Source of the DNA: Escherichia phage T4
Direction: 5' to 3' (one strand)
Length of the DNA: 64,000 nt
Sequence record: OZ209023.1
How positions within the stretch are numbered: position 1 is the stretch's first letter; the number at the start of each line of letters is the position of its first letter. The position numbers and the translations under genes are program-made. The notes below the pieces were generated by a model, which had not been told where the DNA came from, ran no database searches, and worked only from the letters and a program-made list of their open reading frames with translations. Below are positions 8,726 to 18,925 of this stretch, one piece after another.

Positions 8726-9034
8726 TTAATCTTCTATGATATCTCTATCATATCCAAGTGAAATGAGAGTTTCTTTGAAGTGTTTAATGTTCTTTTGTCT
8801 AGAATCATTAATGAAAATGACTGGATAACGAATGTTAAGAGATGTGAATCCAGCGCGTTTAGCAAGAGATACAATCAGCGGACGATCATACTCAATCTTA
8901 CCATTATTTGTAAGAACTTTATAGAAAGTAAAAGGAGCATTGAGCTCCTTTAGAAGTTTTGTAACTGATTGACATCCAGGACAACGACCTACTTCATCTG
9001 GAATTCCATAGACTTCAATCTTATTTTGTTTCAC
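8726..9034 (-). CDS. nrdH: Glutaredoxin-like protein NrdH
   Basis: 102-aa ORF with CPGC redox motif, upstream of nrdG. Confidence 0.8.
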   Translation of the reverse strand: MKQNKIEVYGIPDEVGRCPGCQSVTKLLKELNAPFTFYKVLTNNGKIEYDRPLIVSLAKRAGFTSLNIRYPVIFINDSRQKNIKHFKETLISLGYDRDIIED

Positions 9035-9036
9035 AA

Positions 9037-9249
9037 CTATTCCTTACTAAGAGCAGCATTCAGCTTGTTAGTAATTTTATCCAGACGCTCATTGAATTCA
9101 CTAGAAGATAAGCCCTTTTCTGGAGAAATCAAACTAATCACGAAAAATATAGCAATAAAAGGAATAAGGAAAATAGCTCCAACTGCCATAAACAGAAAGA
9201 ATGTTACAGTTGTAAGAAAATCAGCTAAACCTTTACGAAATTTATACAT
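9037..9249 (-). CDS. Small membrane protein
   Basis: 70 aa with a central hydrophobic span FFLFMAVGAIFLIPFIAIFFVISLI. Confidence 0.5.
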   Translation of the reverse strand: MYKFRKGLADFLTTVTFFLFMAVGAIFLIPFIAIFFVISLISPEKGLSSSEFNERLDKITNKLNAALSKE

Positions 9250-9367
9250 TTACATTTACCTTTAATTGATTAACCAAGCATTGATAAGCACTAAACTATA
9301 CTGCGAATAAAATTCTGGATCAAAATGAAAAATCATATCATTTATAGTATCCATAATGTAATTCAAT

Positions 9368-9838
9368 TTAATCATGTTTCCACACCCCATCGGTATTTGA
9401 CCAAAGTCGCTGATTATCTGATCCTCGCCACAGCTTTTTGGTCGGAAGATTTTTCTCATACTTCCCATCAATAATAACATCAACATATTTAAGCATTTCT
9501 AGTTGTTTAATATCTTCAAACTTATATCCTGTCCACAACCAGATATCTTTCTCCGGAAATCTTGCTTTAACCCAAGAAACTAAATTTGAAATCTCTTCTC
9601 GGTTCTGTGGATAAAGTGGGTCACCGCCGGTTAAGGTAAGGCCTTGGATATACGATTTGCTTAAATGGGACGCAAGTTCTTTAACGGTATTCATAGTGAA
9701 TAACTGTCCGTTACGAGCATTCCAAGTACTACGATTATAACAACCTTCGCATTTATGCAAACATCCAGTGACGAAGAGAACGACCCTACATCCAGGGCCG
9801 TTAACGAAATCGCATGGATAAATTCTATCATAATTCAT
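9368..9838 (-). CDS. nrdG: Anaerobic ribonucleotide reductase activase NrdG (radical SAM)
   Basis: 156 aa from the ATG at 9836-9838; MNYDRIYPCDFVNGPGCRVVLFVTGCLHKCEGC cysteine cluster; the track ORF 9368-9922 carries a spurious N-terminal extension. Confidence 0.85.
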   Translation of the reverse strand: MNYDRIYPCDFVNGPGCRVVLFVTGCLHKCEGCYNRSTWNARNGQLFTMNTVKELASHLSKSYIQGLTLTGGDPLYPQNREEISNLVSWVKARFPEKDIWLWTGYKFEDIKQLEMLKYVDVIIDGKYEKNLPTKKLWRGSDNQRLWSNTDGVWKHD

Positions 9839-10460
9839 CTTTATATTTCCAAGTATATCCCTTATGAATAGATTGAATTCCTTTGCAACATTTATAAACA
9901 GCAGAATGAAAAAATCCTGCATTTCTTATTTCAGTTGCTCCAGTTAGTTCTATTGTATTTCCGTCTGGTGAATAGCCAATAACCGTTTTGGTGTTAAAGC
10001 GATTTCTAGAACTATTTTTGATATGCTCTTTATGATTAGTAGACAAAGTTCTTCCTGTTAGCCCATCAGATATCCTTTTTCCAAAATCATCAGGAAGAGT
10101 TACTTTAGACCTAGCTATGCTCATTAGCTTCTTAGTTTTATCGCTTCTTTTTGCGCCACGCTGATTTTCAAATTTCTTAGCTTTTGCATACGCGTATTGT
10201 GAAGAAGTAACTTTTCTATGCTTACTATTACTCATTATCCAATATGCATCATACATCTTTCCACCATATATTTTAGCCAATAAATGGTGAGCAGTATAGT
10301 GGGCCTTATAAGTTAAAAATACTAAGTTGTCTAAATCATCTGAACCACCCATACTTCTTGGAATTATATGATGAAGTTCATACCCGGCTTTAGTTTGACG
10401 GGGCTTAGATGGGTGTTCAGCAGAATTAACTAGATTTGAATAGATTCTGTCATAATTCAT
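9828..10460 (-). CDS. mobC: HNH homing endonuclease between nrdD and nrdG (T4 mobC position)
   Basis: 210 aa; HHIIPRSMGGSDDLDNLVFLTYKAHYTAHH; its 3' end overlaps the nrdG start. Confidence 0.75.
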   Translation of the reverse strand: MNYDRIYSNLVNSAEHPSKPRQTKAGYELHHIIPRSMGGSDDLDNLVFLTYKAHYTAHHLLAKIYGGKMYDAYWIMSNSKHRKVTSSQYAYAKAKKFENQRGAKRSDKTKKLMSIARSKVTLPDDFGKRISDGLTGRTLSTNHKEHIKNSSRNRFNTKTVIGYSPDGNTIELTGATEIRNAGFFHSAVYKCCKGIQSIHKGYTWKYKDEL

Positions 10461-11736
10461 TGGTGCTTAACCCTATGCATGATTTCTTTATTTTTACCGA
10501 GATTAAATCCGCGTTCGTTCGGATTTCCCAAATAACCACATGTTCTTCTTATGGTATTCATCTTTTTAGGATCAGTTTCTCCACAAATAGAACAAACAAA
10601 TCCGTTTTCAGTAGGAGTCATTTCATGGGTACTTCCACATGTAAAACATTTATCTACTGGCATATTAACACCAAAATAATCTAAATGCTGTGCAGCATAA
10701 TCCCACACGGCCTCAAGACCTTTTAAGTTATTTTTCATATCAGGAAGTTCAACATAAGAAATGTGACCACCTGTCGCAATGAAATGATATGGCGCTTCAC
10801 GAGAAATCTTTTCAAACGGAGTAATATTTTCTTCTACTGAAACATGGAAACTGTTAGTGTACCAGCCTTTATCGGTAACATCTTTTACGCTTCCATATTT
10901 TTCTGTATCGAGTTTACAGAAGCGATAACACAGGTTTTCAGCAGGAGTCGAATATAAACTAAAAGCAAATCCGGTTCTTTCAGTCCACTGTTTAAGATGA
11001 GCATTCATTTTAGTTAAAATTTCTCGTCCAATATCACGACCGACAAGAATATTCAATTCGTGAATACCAATGTATCCTAAAGACACTGAACTTCTACCGT
11101 TTTTAAATAACTCAATTATGTCGTCATCAGGTTTAAGACGAACCCCGAATGCACCTTCTTGGTAAAGAATAGGAGCAACAGTAGCTTTAACTCCTTTTAA
11201 GGAACTAATTCTACACATCAAAGCTTCAAAACATAAATCCATTCGTTCATTAAATAGCTCAACAAATTTCTGTTCATTGAACTGTGTTCCAATATAAGAA
11301 TCTAACGCGATGCGAGGAAGATTCAGTGTTACAACACCAAGATTATTGCGTCCATCAAGAATTTCATTGCCAGTCGAATCTTTCCATACGCTCAAGAAAC
11401 TACGGCAACCCATCGGAGAAACAGGAACAGATGAACCAGTGATAGCTTTATTGTTCTTAGCTGAAATAATATCAGGATACATCCTTTTGCTTGCGCACTC
11501 TAGAGCAAGCTGTTTAATATCATAGTTCGGATCGTCTTTATAAAGATTAACACCTTCTTCAACGAACATAACAAGCTTAGGGAAAATAGGAGTTATCCCA
11601 TCACGACCAAGACCTTTAATACGATTTTTCAGAATTGCTTTCTGAATCATTCGTTCAGTCCAGTCAGTTCCCGTACCAAATGTAATTGTTACAAAAGGAG
11701 TCTGTCCGTTTGAACTGAATAACGTGTTCACTTCAT
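10457..11736 (-). CDS. nrdD: Anaerobic ribonucleotide reductase NrdD, exon 2
   Basis: Glycyl-radical C-terminus RRTCGYLG; frame continuous to the inferred 3' splice site; the two exons total 606 codons. Confidence 0.8.
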
Positions 11737-12769
11737 CAATGTGTTCAGTAGAGTTCGCTACTTCTCTACCCGTTTATATGAAACAATGTAATTTGGATAA
11801 TTGTCATCTAAACACAAATCTTTAATACGACTTGGGTGGAGTTTTAAATCTTTAGCAGCATCCACAAATGATTTATAGATATTGTCATTTATTTTAACAT
11901 ATTCTGGGACGGGATGAATTGTTATTTTTATATCTATAACATTTGGATGATTACTAACCTGTTCTTCAGAGCATTTAAGAAATTTTGCAGCTGATTTAAA
12001 ACTTCTAAATTTATTTCCGGATTTTAAAGCTATAGAAACAGTCTTTTTAGCCGTTCTACTACCAATATTATTTTTAACATGAGCTTCACTTCTACTATTA
12101 TTTTTATAATGCTCAATCAATTTCTCTCGTATCTTATCTTTATGTTTTAAAGATAAGATTTTACCTTTATGGGCATTACTAAGTTTTTGCTTATGTTCTT
12201 CTGAATCCGGATATTTGTTAAATTTATATCCACCTATAGATTTATTAAGAATAAATTCGTTATTAAAATATTTCCTAATAAGCATTTCTTCATGTTTAAG
12301 GGCCGATTCATAAGAATCAAAAACTTGAAGAATTATCCACTTAGCTTTATAATCTTTAAGCTTTTCTTTAACAAGCTTAGATGACGAATTGTATTCTTTC
12401 CAATTTGTATCTTTACCATATATAGTTTTGAATTTTTTAAAACCTATATAAAAAGACTTATCAGGAAATCTTACCATATAGGTAAATGCTACAGAATTGG
12501 CAATTTTTAAGCTTTTTCTTAATTTCCATTTCATCGTTTCACCTCGTATTCATATTTATACGAGGATAAACAGCTGCATGTCACCATGCAGTTCAGACTA
12601 TATCTTCAACTCTTAGAGTTGTCTGCCGTTTCGGGTCGCTTGACCCTACTCCCTTACATTCATCAGGGATAGTCGTTGGGCATTTACAGCTACTGCTGAT
12701 TTAGCAACGGATTGTCTCAGTGAGAGTTTCCCGTTTTAGGCAGATTTTACATGAGCTTGACTTACGTTA
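11737..12769 (-). mobile_element. Group I self-splicing intron in nrdD (inferred length 1033 nt) carrying I-TevII
   Basis: Exon 1 frame hits a stop at 12762-12764; boundaries inferred from a 605-aa NrdD, exon ending in U and intron ending in G. Confidence 0.65.
11758..12534 (-). CDS. GIY-YIG intron homing endonuclease I-TevII
   Basis: 258-aa ORF inside the nrdD intron; GIY-YIG-like N-terminus (YMVRF...FYIGF). Confidence 0.8.
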   Translation of the reverse strand: MKWKLRKSLKIANSVAFTYMVRFPDKSFYIGFKKFKTIYGKDTNWKEYNSSSKLVKEKLKDYKAKWIILQVFDSYESALKHEEMLIRKYFNNEFILNKSIGGYKFNKYPDSEEHKQKLSNAHKGKILSLKHKDKIREKLIEHYKNNSRSEAHVKNNIGSRTAKKTVSIALKSGNKFRSFKSAAKFLKCSEEQVSNHPNVIDIKITIHPVPEYVKINDNIYKSFVDAAKDLKLHPSRIKDLCLDDNYPNYIVSYKRVEK

Positions 12770-13307
12770 ACTCATAAGCTTGGAATGCATCGTATACGTC
12801 TTTTTCTGTTTTAGATTGAGCATAATTCAACGCATCAGCGATTTGCCATTTTTCTGCATCCTCAATATGTTTTGCATAGGTGCGTTTAACATAAGGAGAA
12901 AGTACTTTATCTACATTCGCAAAAGTCGTTCCGCCGTATTGGTGAGAAGCAACTTGCGCAGTAATTTGTGCCATAATTGCAGTAGCAACTCCAATTGATT
13001 TAGGAGTTTCAATCTGCGCATTACCAAGCTTAAATCCGTTTTCAAGCATTCCTTTTAAATCTACTAAACAGCAATTAGTAAATGGAAGAGCAGGGGAATA
13101 ATCAATATCATGCACGTGAATAATTCCGCTTTCATGCGCTTTCATAATAAAAGACGGGACCATATTTTTGGCAATGTGTTTAGACACAATACCAGCCATA
13201 AGGTCCCGTTGAGTTGGAAAAACACGAGAATCTTTATTAGCATTCTCGTTTAAAAGGTCTTTATTAGTTTTATGAATTAATCCTTCAATTTCTTTTTCAA
13301 TTGTCAT
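12770..13307 (-). CDS. nrdD: Anaerobic ribonucleotide reductase NrdD, exon 1
   Basis: ATG at 13305-13307 overlapping the gene 49 stop (ATGA). Confidence 0.8.
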
Positions 13308-13777
13308 TTTAAACTCTTTCTAAGCTGCTTCTTGAATGAAGCTATTAATTGTGTTTTGGTGTCAGATTCATTATATTCAAATCCTCTTTGAAGCATCTCG
13401 GCCATCATTTCCTCTTTTCCTAAACGAGAAAATTCCTTTGATTTATCTCCAACAAAGTTAGGGTGAATATTATTTTGGGTGTAATCGGATTTTAAATAAG
13501 TAAGTAAATTTTCTAACCATTCAAGATAATCAACACCTTGTCCCTTTAAGCCAGAACGATTAAATTTATGCTTCATTTGACCTTCTGCAGCATTGCATAG
13601 ATTACAAAGCAATCCACGCACCTTTCCTGCTTTTGGTCCATTTAATTCATGGTCATGGTCGAGGTGATTAGCTTGAACATCAGGATTTAGTTCTCGTTGG
13701 CAAATTAAGCATTTACCGTTTTGTGCATCATAAAATTTCTGTTTTTCTTCTTTGTATAATTTGCCAGTCAATAACAT
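13304..13777 (-). CDS. 49: Endonuclease VII (Holliday junction resolvase) gp49
   Basis: 157 aa; zinc-binding CLICQRELNP...HLDHDHE...LLCNLCN region, as T4 EndoVII. Confidence 0.9.
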   Translation of the reverse strand: MLLTGKLYKEEKQKFYDAQNGKCLICQRELNPDVQANHLDHDHELNGPKAGKVRGLLCNLCNAAEGQMKHKFNRSGLKGQGVDYLEWLENLLTYLKSDYTQNNIHPNFVGDKSKEFSRLGKEEMMAEMLQRGFEYNESDTKTQLIASFKKQLRKSLK

Positions 13778-13818
13778 AATAAACCCTTACCTTAAATAGA
13801 TAAGGGTATTTATTATTT

Positions 13819-14304
13819 TCAAGTATTGTAAAACATTTGATGCAATCGCTTATATTGCTGAATCATTCGGTCAGAAAAAGAAATTTGAGTTTCAAGCCAT
13901 TCAATGTACTCTGCGGCAGCTTGCATTAAATTTCCTTCATAGCCATCGTTATTTTCTTGTGCAGCTAATTTAGCTAATGCGTATGAAATACGTTCACCTT
14001 GAAAATCGGCTTTAGGCTTCTGAACAACTTGATTAGTTCGCTCTACAACTTCTTCAATTTCGCCATTTTCTACTGATTCAGTATTCCACAAACACCAATA
14101 CGTAATTGGCTTATCGTAGATGTTAATAATCTTTCCATCAGAAAGTTCAATTTCAATAATTCCAGTGTCAGGCTCTATATCATCTTCACATTCTTTTACA
14201 AGTTCACGAACTTTAAAGACAGTACCTGCACTAAGTTCCGGCCAGTAATTACACAGCCCTGTATCAGCACGATTAATTCTAAACCATTTATCTACTGTAA
14301 TCAT
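13819..14304 (-). CDS. pin: Probable Lon-protease inhibitor Pin
   Basis: 161 aa from the ATG at 14302-14304 (the track start at 14322 is TTG); length and position match T4 pin. Confidence 0.55.
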   Translation of the reverse strand: MITVDKWFRINRADTGLCNYWPELSAGTVFKVRELVKECEDDIEPDTGIIEIELSDGKIINIYDKPITYWCLWNTESVENGEIEEVVERTNQVVQKPKADFQGERISYALAKLAAQENNDGYEGNLMQAAAEYIEWLETQISFSDRMIQQYKRLHQMFYNT

Positions 14305-14344
14305 GTCCCATCTCCATATCAATTAAGTCATTTATCGTTGGTTC

Positions 14345-14374
14345 ATTATACACCGTTTCTTCATCAGTGTAAAC
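14345..14374 (-). promoter_or_regulatory. T4 early-type promoter upstream of pin
   Basis: Minus-strand GTTTACActgatgaagaaacggtgTATAAT. Confidence 0.6.
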
Positions 14375-14427
14375 CGGTTCTTCCGGCTCTGGCTCTACAG
14401 TTTCCCATCTAGCCGCCCACCAAGGTT

Positions 14428-14748
14428 TTATAGCGTAATCCATTCTCGTACTGTCTGAGTTACTACACGTTCTCGAAGCTCAACCAGTTCAACAGTAGGA
14501 ACTGCATAATACCAGTCAGAATGGTAAGAACCTGAGCGAGATTCATTTACAGCCACATGTACATTATGTTTTGGACTAAAATAAACACACTGACGATATT
14601 GGCATTTACCATCTTGCACCCAGTCTTCTATTTCGATAGGTTTAAGATAGTCGGAAAAATCGAAATCATAGTTTTCCGAAAATGCATCATGGTCTTCAAT
14701 GATTTCGCTCAGAACTGCATCAACATCTAATTTATTTTCAATATTCAT
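14428..14748 (-). CDS. Hypothetical acidic protein (49.x position)
   Basis: 106-aa ORF. Confidence 0.55.
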   Translation of the reverse strand: MNIENKLDVDAVLSEIIEDHDAFSENYDFDFSDYLKPIEIEDWVQDGKCQYRQCVYFSPKHNVHVAVNESRSGSYHSDWYYAVPTVELVELRERVVTQTVREWITL

Positions 14749-15053
14749 TTTTCACACCACCAACTGCTTACTTCAAAATCGGGTTCGCCATGTTCCCAGA
14801 ACCAGGGGCCGATAGGAATCCACTTACCTTCATCGGTGACGTCATATTCTTCGGATTTAAGCCCAACGTATCGCCATTCGACTTCATAAGCGGTACCACC
14901 GATTACAACTGTGTTCTCGCCATACGGGTTAGACACAACAAAGTCTATACCTTCTGCTTTAGCTAACCAAATCATGTATTCATAGAGTTTATATTCCAGG
15001 TCGCCTTCTGTTCCATCGCCTAGAAAAATAATTTGTTCATTTAATTCTATCAT
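14745..15053 (-). CDS. Hypothetical protein (49.x position)
   Basis: 102-aa ORF, stop/start overlap with neighbours. Confidence 0.55.
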   Translation of the reverse strand: MIELNEQIIFLGDGTEGDLEYKLYEYMIWLAKAEGIDFVVSNPYGENTVVIGGTAYEVEWRYVGLKSEEYDVTDEGKWIPIGPWFWEHGEPDFEVSSWWCEK

Positions 15054-15313
15054 TTAAAGTATTCCCGCAATTGGTCAAATCCACCAATATGACTTCCATC
15101 AGGAGCAAATACCTGAGGCATTGTTAAGCCGATTTGAGTATCACGACCTAGTTTAGTCAGAAGCTCAGCAATTTTCTCATCATCAAAAACACCTTTTTCC
15201 GGCATAATGTTGATAAATTCAAACGGCTGTTTCTTCACAGTCAAAAGACGTTTTGCATTATCGCAATACACACATTTATGAATGTTGCTATCATAACCAT
15301 ATACTTTAAACAT
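15050..15313 (-). CDS. nrdC: Thioredoxin/glutaredoxin NrdC
   Basis: 87 aa; MFKVYGYDSNIHKCVYCDNAKRLL with CVYC active site, as T4 NrdC. Confidence 0.9.
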   Translation of the reverse strand: MFKVYGYDSNIHKCVYCDNAKRLLTVKKQPFEFINIMPEKGVFDDEKIAELLTKLGRDTQIGLTMPQVFAPDGSHIGGFDQLREYFK

Positions 15314-15314
15314 A

Positions 15315-15557
15315 TTATTCCTTAATTCCTAGTACTTGTTTAAAAGTCTCGTCGTAATCAAGACTTTGGCCCGTTTGTTCTTTATGCTTGTATATAATAT
15401 CACTTACTTCTGATAGCATATTTTTATATGAACGAGTTAAAGCAGATTTAAGCACGCTGTATCTATCAGGAAATTTACCGTGTTCATTATAATAAGCTAT
15501 TGCTAATTCACGGACTGCCTTTTCAGCAGTCTCCATATATTCTTTACGCTTTGTCAT
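15315..15557 (-). CDS. Hypothetical protein (nrdC.1 position)
   Basis: 80 aa from the ATG at 15555-15557; the longer track ORF would overlap the next gene by 155 nt. Confidence 0.5.
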
Positions 15558-15858
15558 TTTCTTCTCGGTCAAATCGGTGTTTACAATGGCGACATTTATA
15601 ACGAAGATTATTAGTCTGCCAATGGACCAATTGCACCTGTTCAGTTCCACATTCAGGGCAATTAGGAACGTTTTTAGAAGCCCTTTCGCGACGTTCAACC
15701 ATGACCATTACAGAATCCCAATTAACAGGAGGGCTATAATCATCACAACCATAAATCTTTCCACGCATTTCCAGATCGTCTTCTTCACCAGCCATAATAA
15801 TTTTAATTAGACTAGAATTACTTGAAGCTGCAATGTCTTCTAATAGACGCTTTTTCAT
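15544..15858 (-). CDS. Zinc-ribbon protein (nrdC.2 position)
   Basis: 104 aa with CPECG...CRHCKHRF four-Cys motif at the C-terminus. Confidence 0.55.
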
Positions 15859-16781
15859 TTCAATACCTCAATAGCATTACGTAAACCATTTGCTTTGGCG
15901 GTTAAATCCTTAAGAACTTTAGTATGCTCTTCAATCTGTTTTTCAACTTCAATCAAACGGGTACTGAGATATTCGCGTTCTTCTTTCATAGTATCATTCC
16001 CATGATTGGGCTTTGGCGTAGGTTTAAATTTATTAGGGTCCTTTAACTTAATAACAACTTTAGTTTCAAACAGTGAAAGACCATAATTCGTATTATCATC
16101 AAAGGATTCAACTACGTCCATTTTAGACAATAACGTACGAAGATTATAAGTCAAAGAACGAATCGTTTTATTATGTTTATTAGCTTCACATGGTTTCATA
16201 TATGGAAGATTTTTATATATTTCATGCGGAGCACAAACAATAATTAACAATTCAAATGGTCCATTCTGTGATGATGGAATGAATTTAGCCGTAACCCAAT
16301 CTTTTACATTTACATTAATAGTACGATCATCGCCATGACAAAACAGTCTACGAGAATGCTTAAAAAGCATATTCACATTATTATTAAATTCGTGTGAAAA
16401 CTCACTGGCAAATTTTTCTTTACTATCTTTAGAAAACCATTCTTCTAAATAAGTTCTTTTCACGTCGTTAATAATATTAAATGTAACAACATTATCATTT
16501 GATACATTAGTCTCAATGTAGCTTGGATACATAAATTTTTTAACATTATTAACAGCTATCACAGAAGATAGTAATCGGGAACGTTTGAACCACTCGAGCA
16601 AAGAACCAAGAGAATGTGAATACGCATTTTGTGTATCTTTACAAATATGGTTTTCCCATCCAATATAGTCTAAAAAATCACGAAGAATATTATTGATTAC
16701 TTCTCTATGTCCTTTCTGATAATCACGATGTTTAGTAATAAGACTGTCAAAATAATCAATATAATGTTTACGAGTTTTCAT
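15855..16781 (-). CDS. Hypothetical protein with C-terminal coiled coil (paralog group member)
   Basis: 308 aa; C-terminal ~45-aa heptad-like segment. Confidence 0.6.
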   Translation of the reverse strand: MKTRKHYIDYFDSLITKHRDYQKGHREVINNILRDFLDYIGWENHICKDTQNAYSHSLGSLLEWFKRSRLLSSVIAVNNVKKFMYPSYIETNVSNDNVVTFNIINDVKRTYLEEWFSKDSKEKFASEFSHEFNNNVNMLFKHSRRLFCHGDDRTINVNVKDWVTAKFIPSSQNGPFELLIIVCAPHEIYKNLPYMKPCEANKHNKTIRSLTYNLRTLLSKMDVVESFDDNTNYGLSLFETKVVIKLKDPNKFKPTPKPNHGNDTMKEEREYLSTRLIEVEKQIEEHTKVLKDLTAKANGLRNAIEVLK

Positions 16782-16835
16782 GTTCTTCTCACTTGGTTAA
16801 TGATTTATACTCCGAGCCATCCTTGGCTTTAAATT

Positions 16836-17837
16836 TTACTTAATTAACTGCAAAGCTTGTTCTAGACGATCAAGACGATTAACGGATTCTTCCCAAATCT
16901 TTTTAGCCTGCTCATATTCTTTCTGCGCTTTATTAGAAATTTCTAGAACTTCTTTATAAGCTTTTTCTAGTGCAATAACTTCTGGACGAATTTCTATCGG
17001 TTCAGGTGAATCATCAAGACATTCCATTAGTTCCTCAAGGGTAGTTTCTTCTTTAGGAGTATTCACAATTTCATCACATTTTTGTTGGTAAATTTCTTTA
17101 CTAGTAGGTGAATAAGCACATTTCACTTCACGAAGGCTAATTACGAGTTTATATCCTTCCCAACCGCATATATTCTTAAAAGGATATGTATGAATATTTT
17201 CTACTGTTTCCATACAAAGTAATGCGGTCTCTAATTGACGAGTTATAGTGCTAGCAATTGAGAAAAATTTATTAATATTCTTTTGGTTAGTTTCTGGTGT
17301 AAAAAATCCATAATTCACAAAAATAGATACTTTATTTTTATCAAGTTCATATTCTTTTATGATAATCATATCAGAAGCCAAAGGATGAATTTGACGATAA
17401 TCGCCATAACATAATTTAGAAGCTGATTTTAGAATTTGCTTCTTGAAAAGTCTGAAATTACTAATCCAACGACGAGTAAAAATATTCTCAGGGTCTTCTT
17501 TATTATTGAGATGATAAGAATTAACATCACCGAACCAATTATATCCTACTACATCTTTAGTTCGTTTAATTTCTTTCCCAAAATTACCAAGAATATCCCG
17601 ATTAACCAAATATGAAAGAAGACGAGACTCTTTAAAGGTTTTCTTGATAACATCTTTATCTACACGGCTAGAAATTTTACGAATTTCATGAATAAATTTA
17701 GTAGAAGAAACAATACTTGCATCAACACTATTGAGCCACTGATTGATAATAGAAAGAACGCTATTTTGGCCAAACATCGGTATAGCTTTATCATCAATAA
17801 CGCTATTGAATGATTTGATATATTCGTTACGAGTCAT
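16836..17837 (-). CDS. Hypothetical protein with C-terminal coiled coil (paralog group member)
   Basis: 333 aa from the ATG at 17835-17837; the upstream track extension is the translated promoter. Confidence 0.6.
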   Translation of the reverse strand: MTRNEYIKSFNSVIDDKAIPMFGQNSVLSIINQWLNSVDASIVSSTKFIHEIRKISSRVDKDVIKKTFKESRLLSYLVNRDILGNFGKEIKRTKDVVGYNWFGDVNSYHLNNKEDPENIFTRRWISNFRLFKKQILKSASKLCYGDYRQIHPLASDMIIIKEYELDKNKVSIFVNYGFFTPETNQKNINKFFSIASTITRQLETALLCMETVENIHTYPFKNICGWEGYKLVISLREVKCAYSPTSKEIYQQKCDEIVNTPKEETTLEELMECLDDSPEPIEIRPEVIALEKAYKEVLEISNKAQKEYEQAKKIWEESVNRLDRLEQALQLIK

Positions 17838-17865
17838 ATTAATCTCCTCAGTAGAAAGTAAGAAC

Positions 17866-17895
17866 ATTATACCACATCCTTGTGGCAAAGTAAAC
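17866..17895 (-). promoter_or_regulatory. T4 early-type promoter
   Basis: Minus-strand GTTTACtttgccacaaggatgTGGTATAAT followed by GAGGAG and ATG. Confidence 0.6.
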
Positions 17896-18917
17896 TAGTT
17901 CAGTGCATTTAGTGCATTGTTCAGTTTAGAACGTTGCTTTGTCAGATTTTGAACCCTTGACTGAGCTTGTTCTAACGCCTTTTCAGCTTCTAGCACTTCA
18001 TTGGTCGCTTTAACTAATTCAGCATCTACTGCCTTAAGAGACTTCTCAATCGCATCCGCGTGCCATTTTTCAACAGGTTTAAGACTTGGATTTTCAACAG
18101 GAAGAAAATTCACTTTATTGAATTTCCATGCATCTTTATTACCTGAGCTATACATCCAAAATTTAGGATCGTTTGATAAGTAATTAGATAAATTTAAGTT
18201 ATCTTGCACTTCTTGCTTTTTCTCTTGTGTGACTTCGTCCTTTCTCAAAAATTCATATTTAAATGAAACGATCATATCAAGTTCATATGATGTTGTATCT
18301 AACTTAAATCGTTCAAAACGAGGTAAAATCTTAGATTGAACAGCAGCAACAACATCCATATACTTAAATGCTTCTGTCAACTGCGATTTAAGGCATTCGC
18401 AAATTGAAAGAGAATTTTTTGTATTAGGTTTAAAGCTAATTCGTGCAGTTCTATTATTTTCTTTTAACGGTCTTACTTCCATCTGAAGAGTATAACCATC
18501 AAATTTCAGATTCTTTAAGTTAATGTCAGAGCCTTTTAATCGACTAGCAGTAGACAAAATTTGCTTTAATTGTCTACGGAACAGAGCAATAAATCTCCAT
18601 TCAATACGATAATGATTTGGATTGAAAAATCCAGATGATAAATCGACCTTACTTTGACCAACGCCTTGAACAAATAGAGGATTTTTATAATCAATAGTTT
18701 TACAGAAATCGGTGAGCTGTTCACGAGCAGTCATTTGAGTAATATACCCTGCTTTACTAAAATTACGCACCCATTCACTGCTATTCGTATACTTAAAGTG
18801 ATGAATAACACGATTAACTTTATCAGGGTCTAAATTATTTTCACACAAAAATGTCATAACATCACGAGTATAGCTGGCATTACGAACCATATCTTCAATT
18901 TGAGAACGAGTTTTCAT
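17895..18917 (-). CDS. Hypothetical protein with C-terminal coiled coil (paralog group member)
   Basis: 340 aa. Confidence 0.6.
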   Translation of the reverse strand: MKTRSQIEDMVRNASYTRDVMTFLCENNLDPDKVNRVIHHFKYTNSSEWVRNFSKAGYITQMTAREQLTDFCKTIDYKNPLFVQGVGQSKVDLSSGFFNPNHYRIEWRFIALFRRQLKQILSTASRLKGSDINLKNLKFDGYTLQMEVRPLKENNRTARISFKPNTKNSLSICECLKSQLTEAFKYMDVVAAVQSKILPRFERFKLDTTSYELDMIVSFKYEFLRKDEVTQEKKQEVQDNLNLSNYLSNDPKFWMYSSGNKDAWKFNKVNFLPVENPSLKPVEKWHADAIEKSLKAVDAELVKATNEVLEAEKALEQAQSRVQNLTKQRSKLNNALNALN

Positions 18918-18925
18918 GGTGTTCC

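Noticed and set aside
9368-9922. 184-aa extended nrdG ORF and overlapping 74-aa ORF 9262-9486
   Set aside because: The extension would overlap the HNH gene by ~95 nt; the nrdG start at 9838 gives the expected 156-aa protein. ORF 9262-9486 is out of frame within nrdG.
16782-16835. TATAAAT-like sequence (minus-strand TATAAATC) between ORFs 15855-16781 and 16836-17837 as a late promoter
   Set aside because: It deviates from TATAAATA at the last position and lies in an early-gene context; too weak to call without transcript data.
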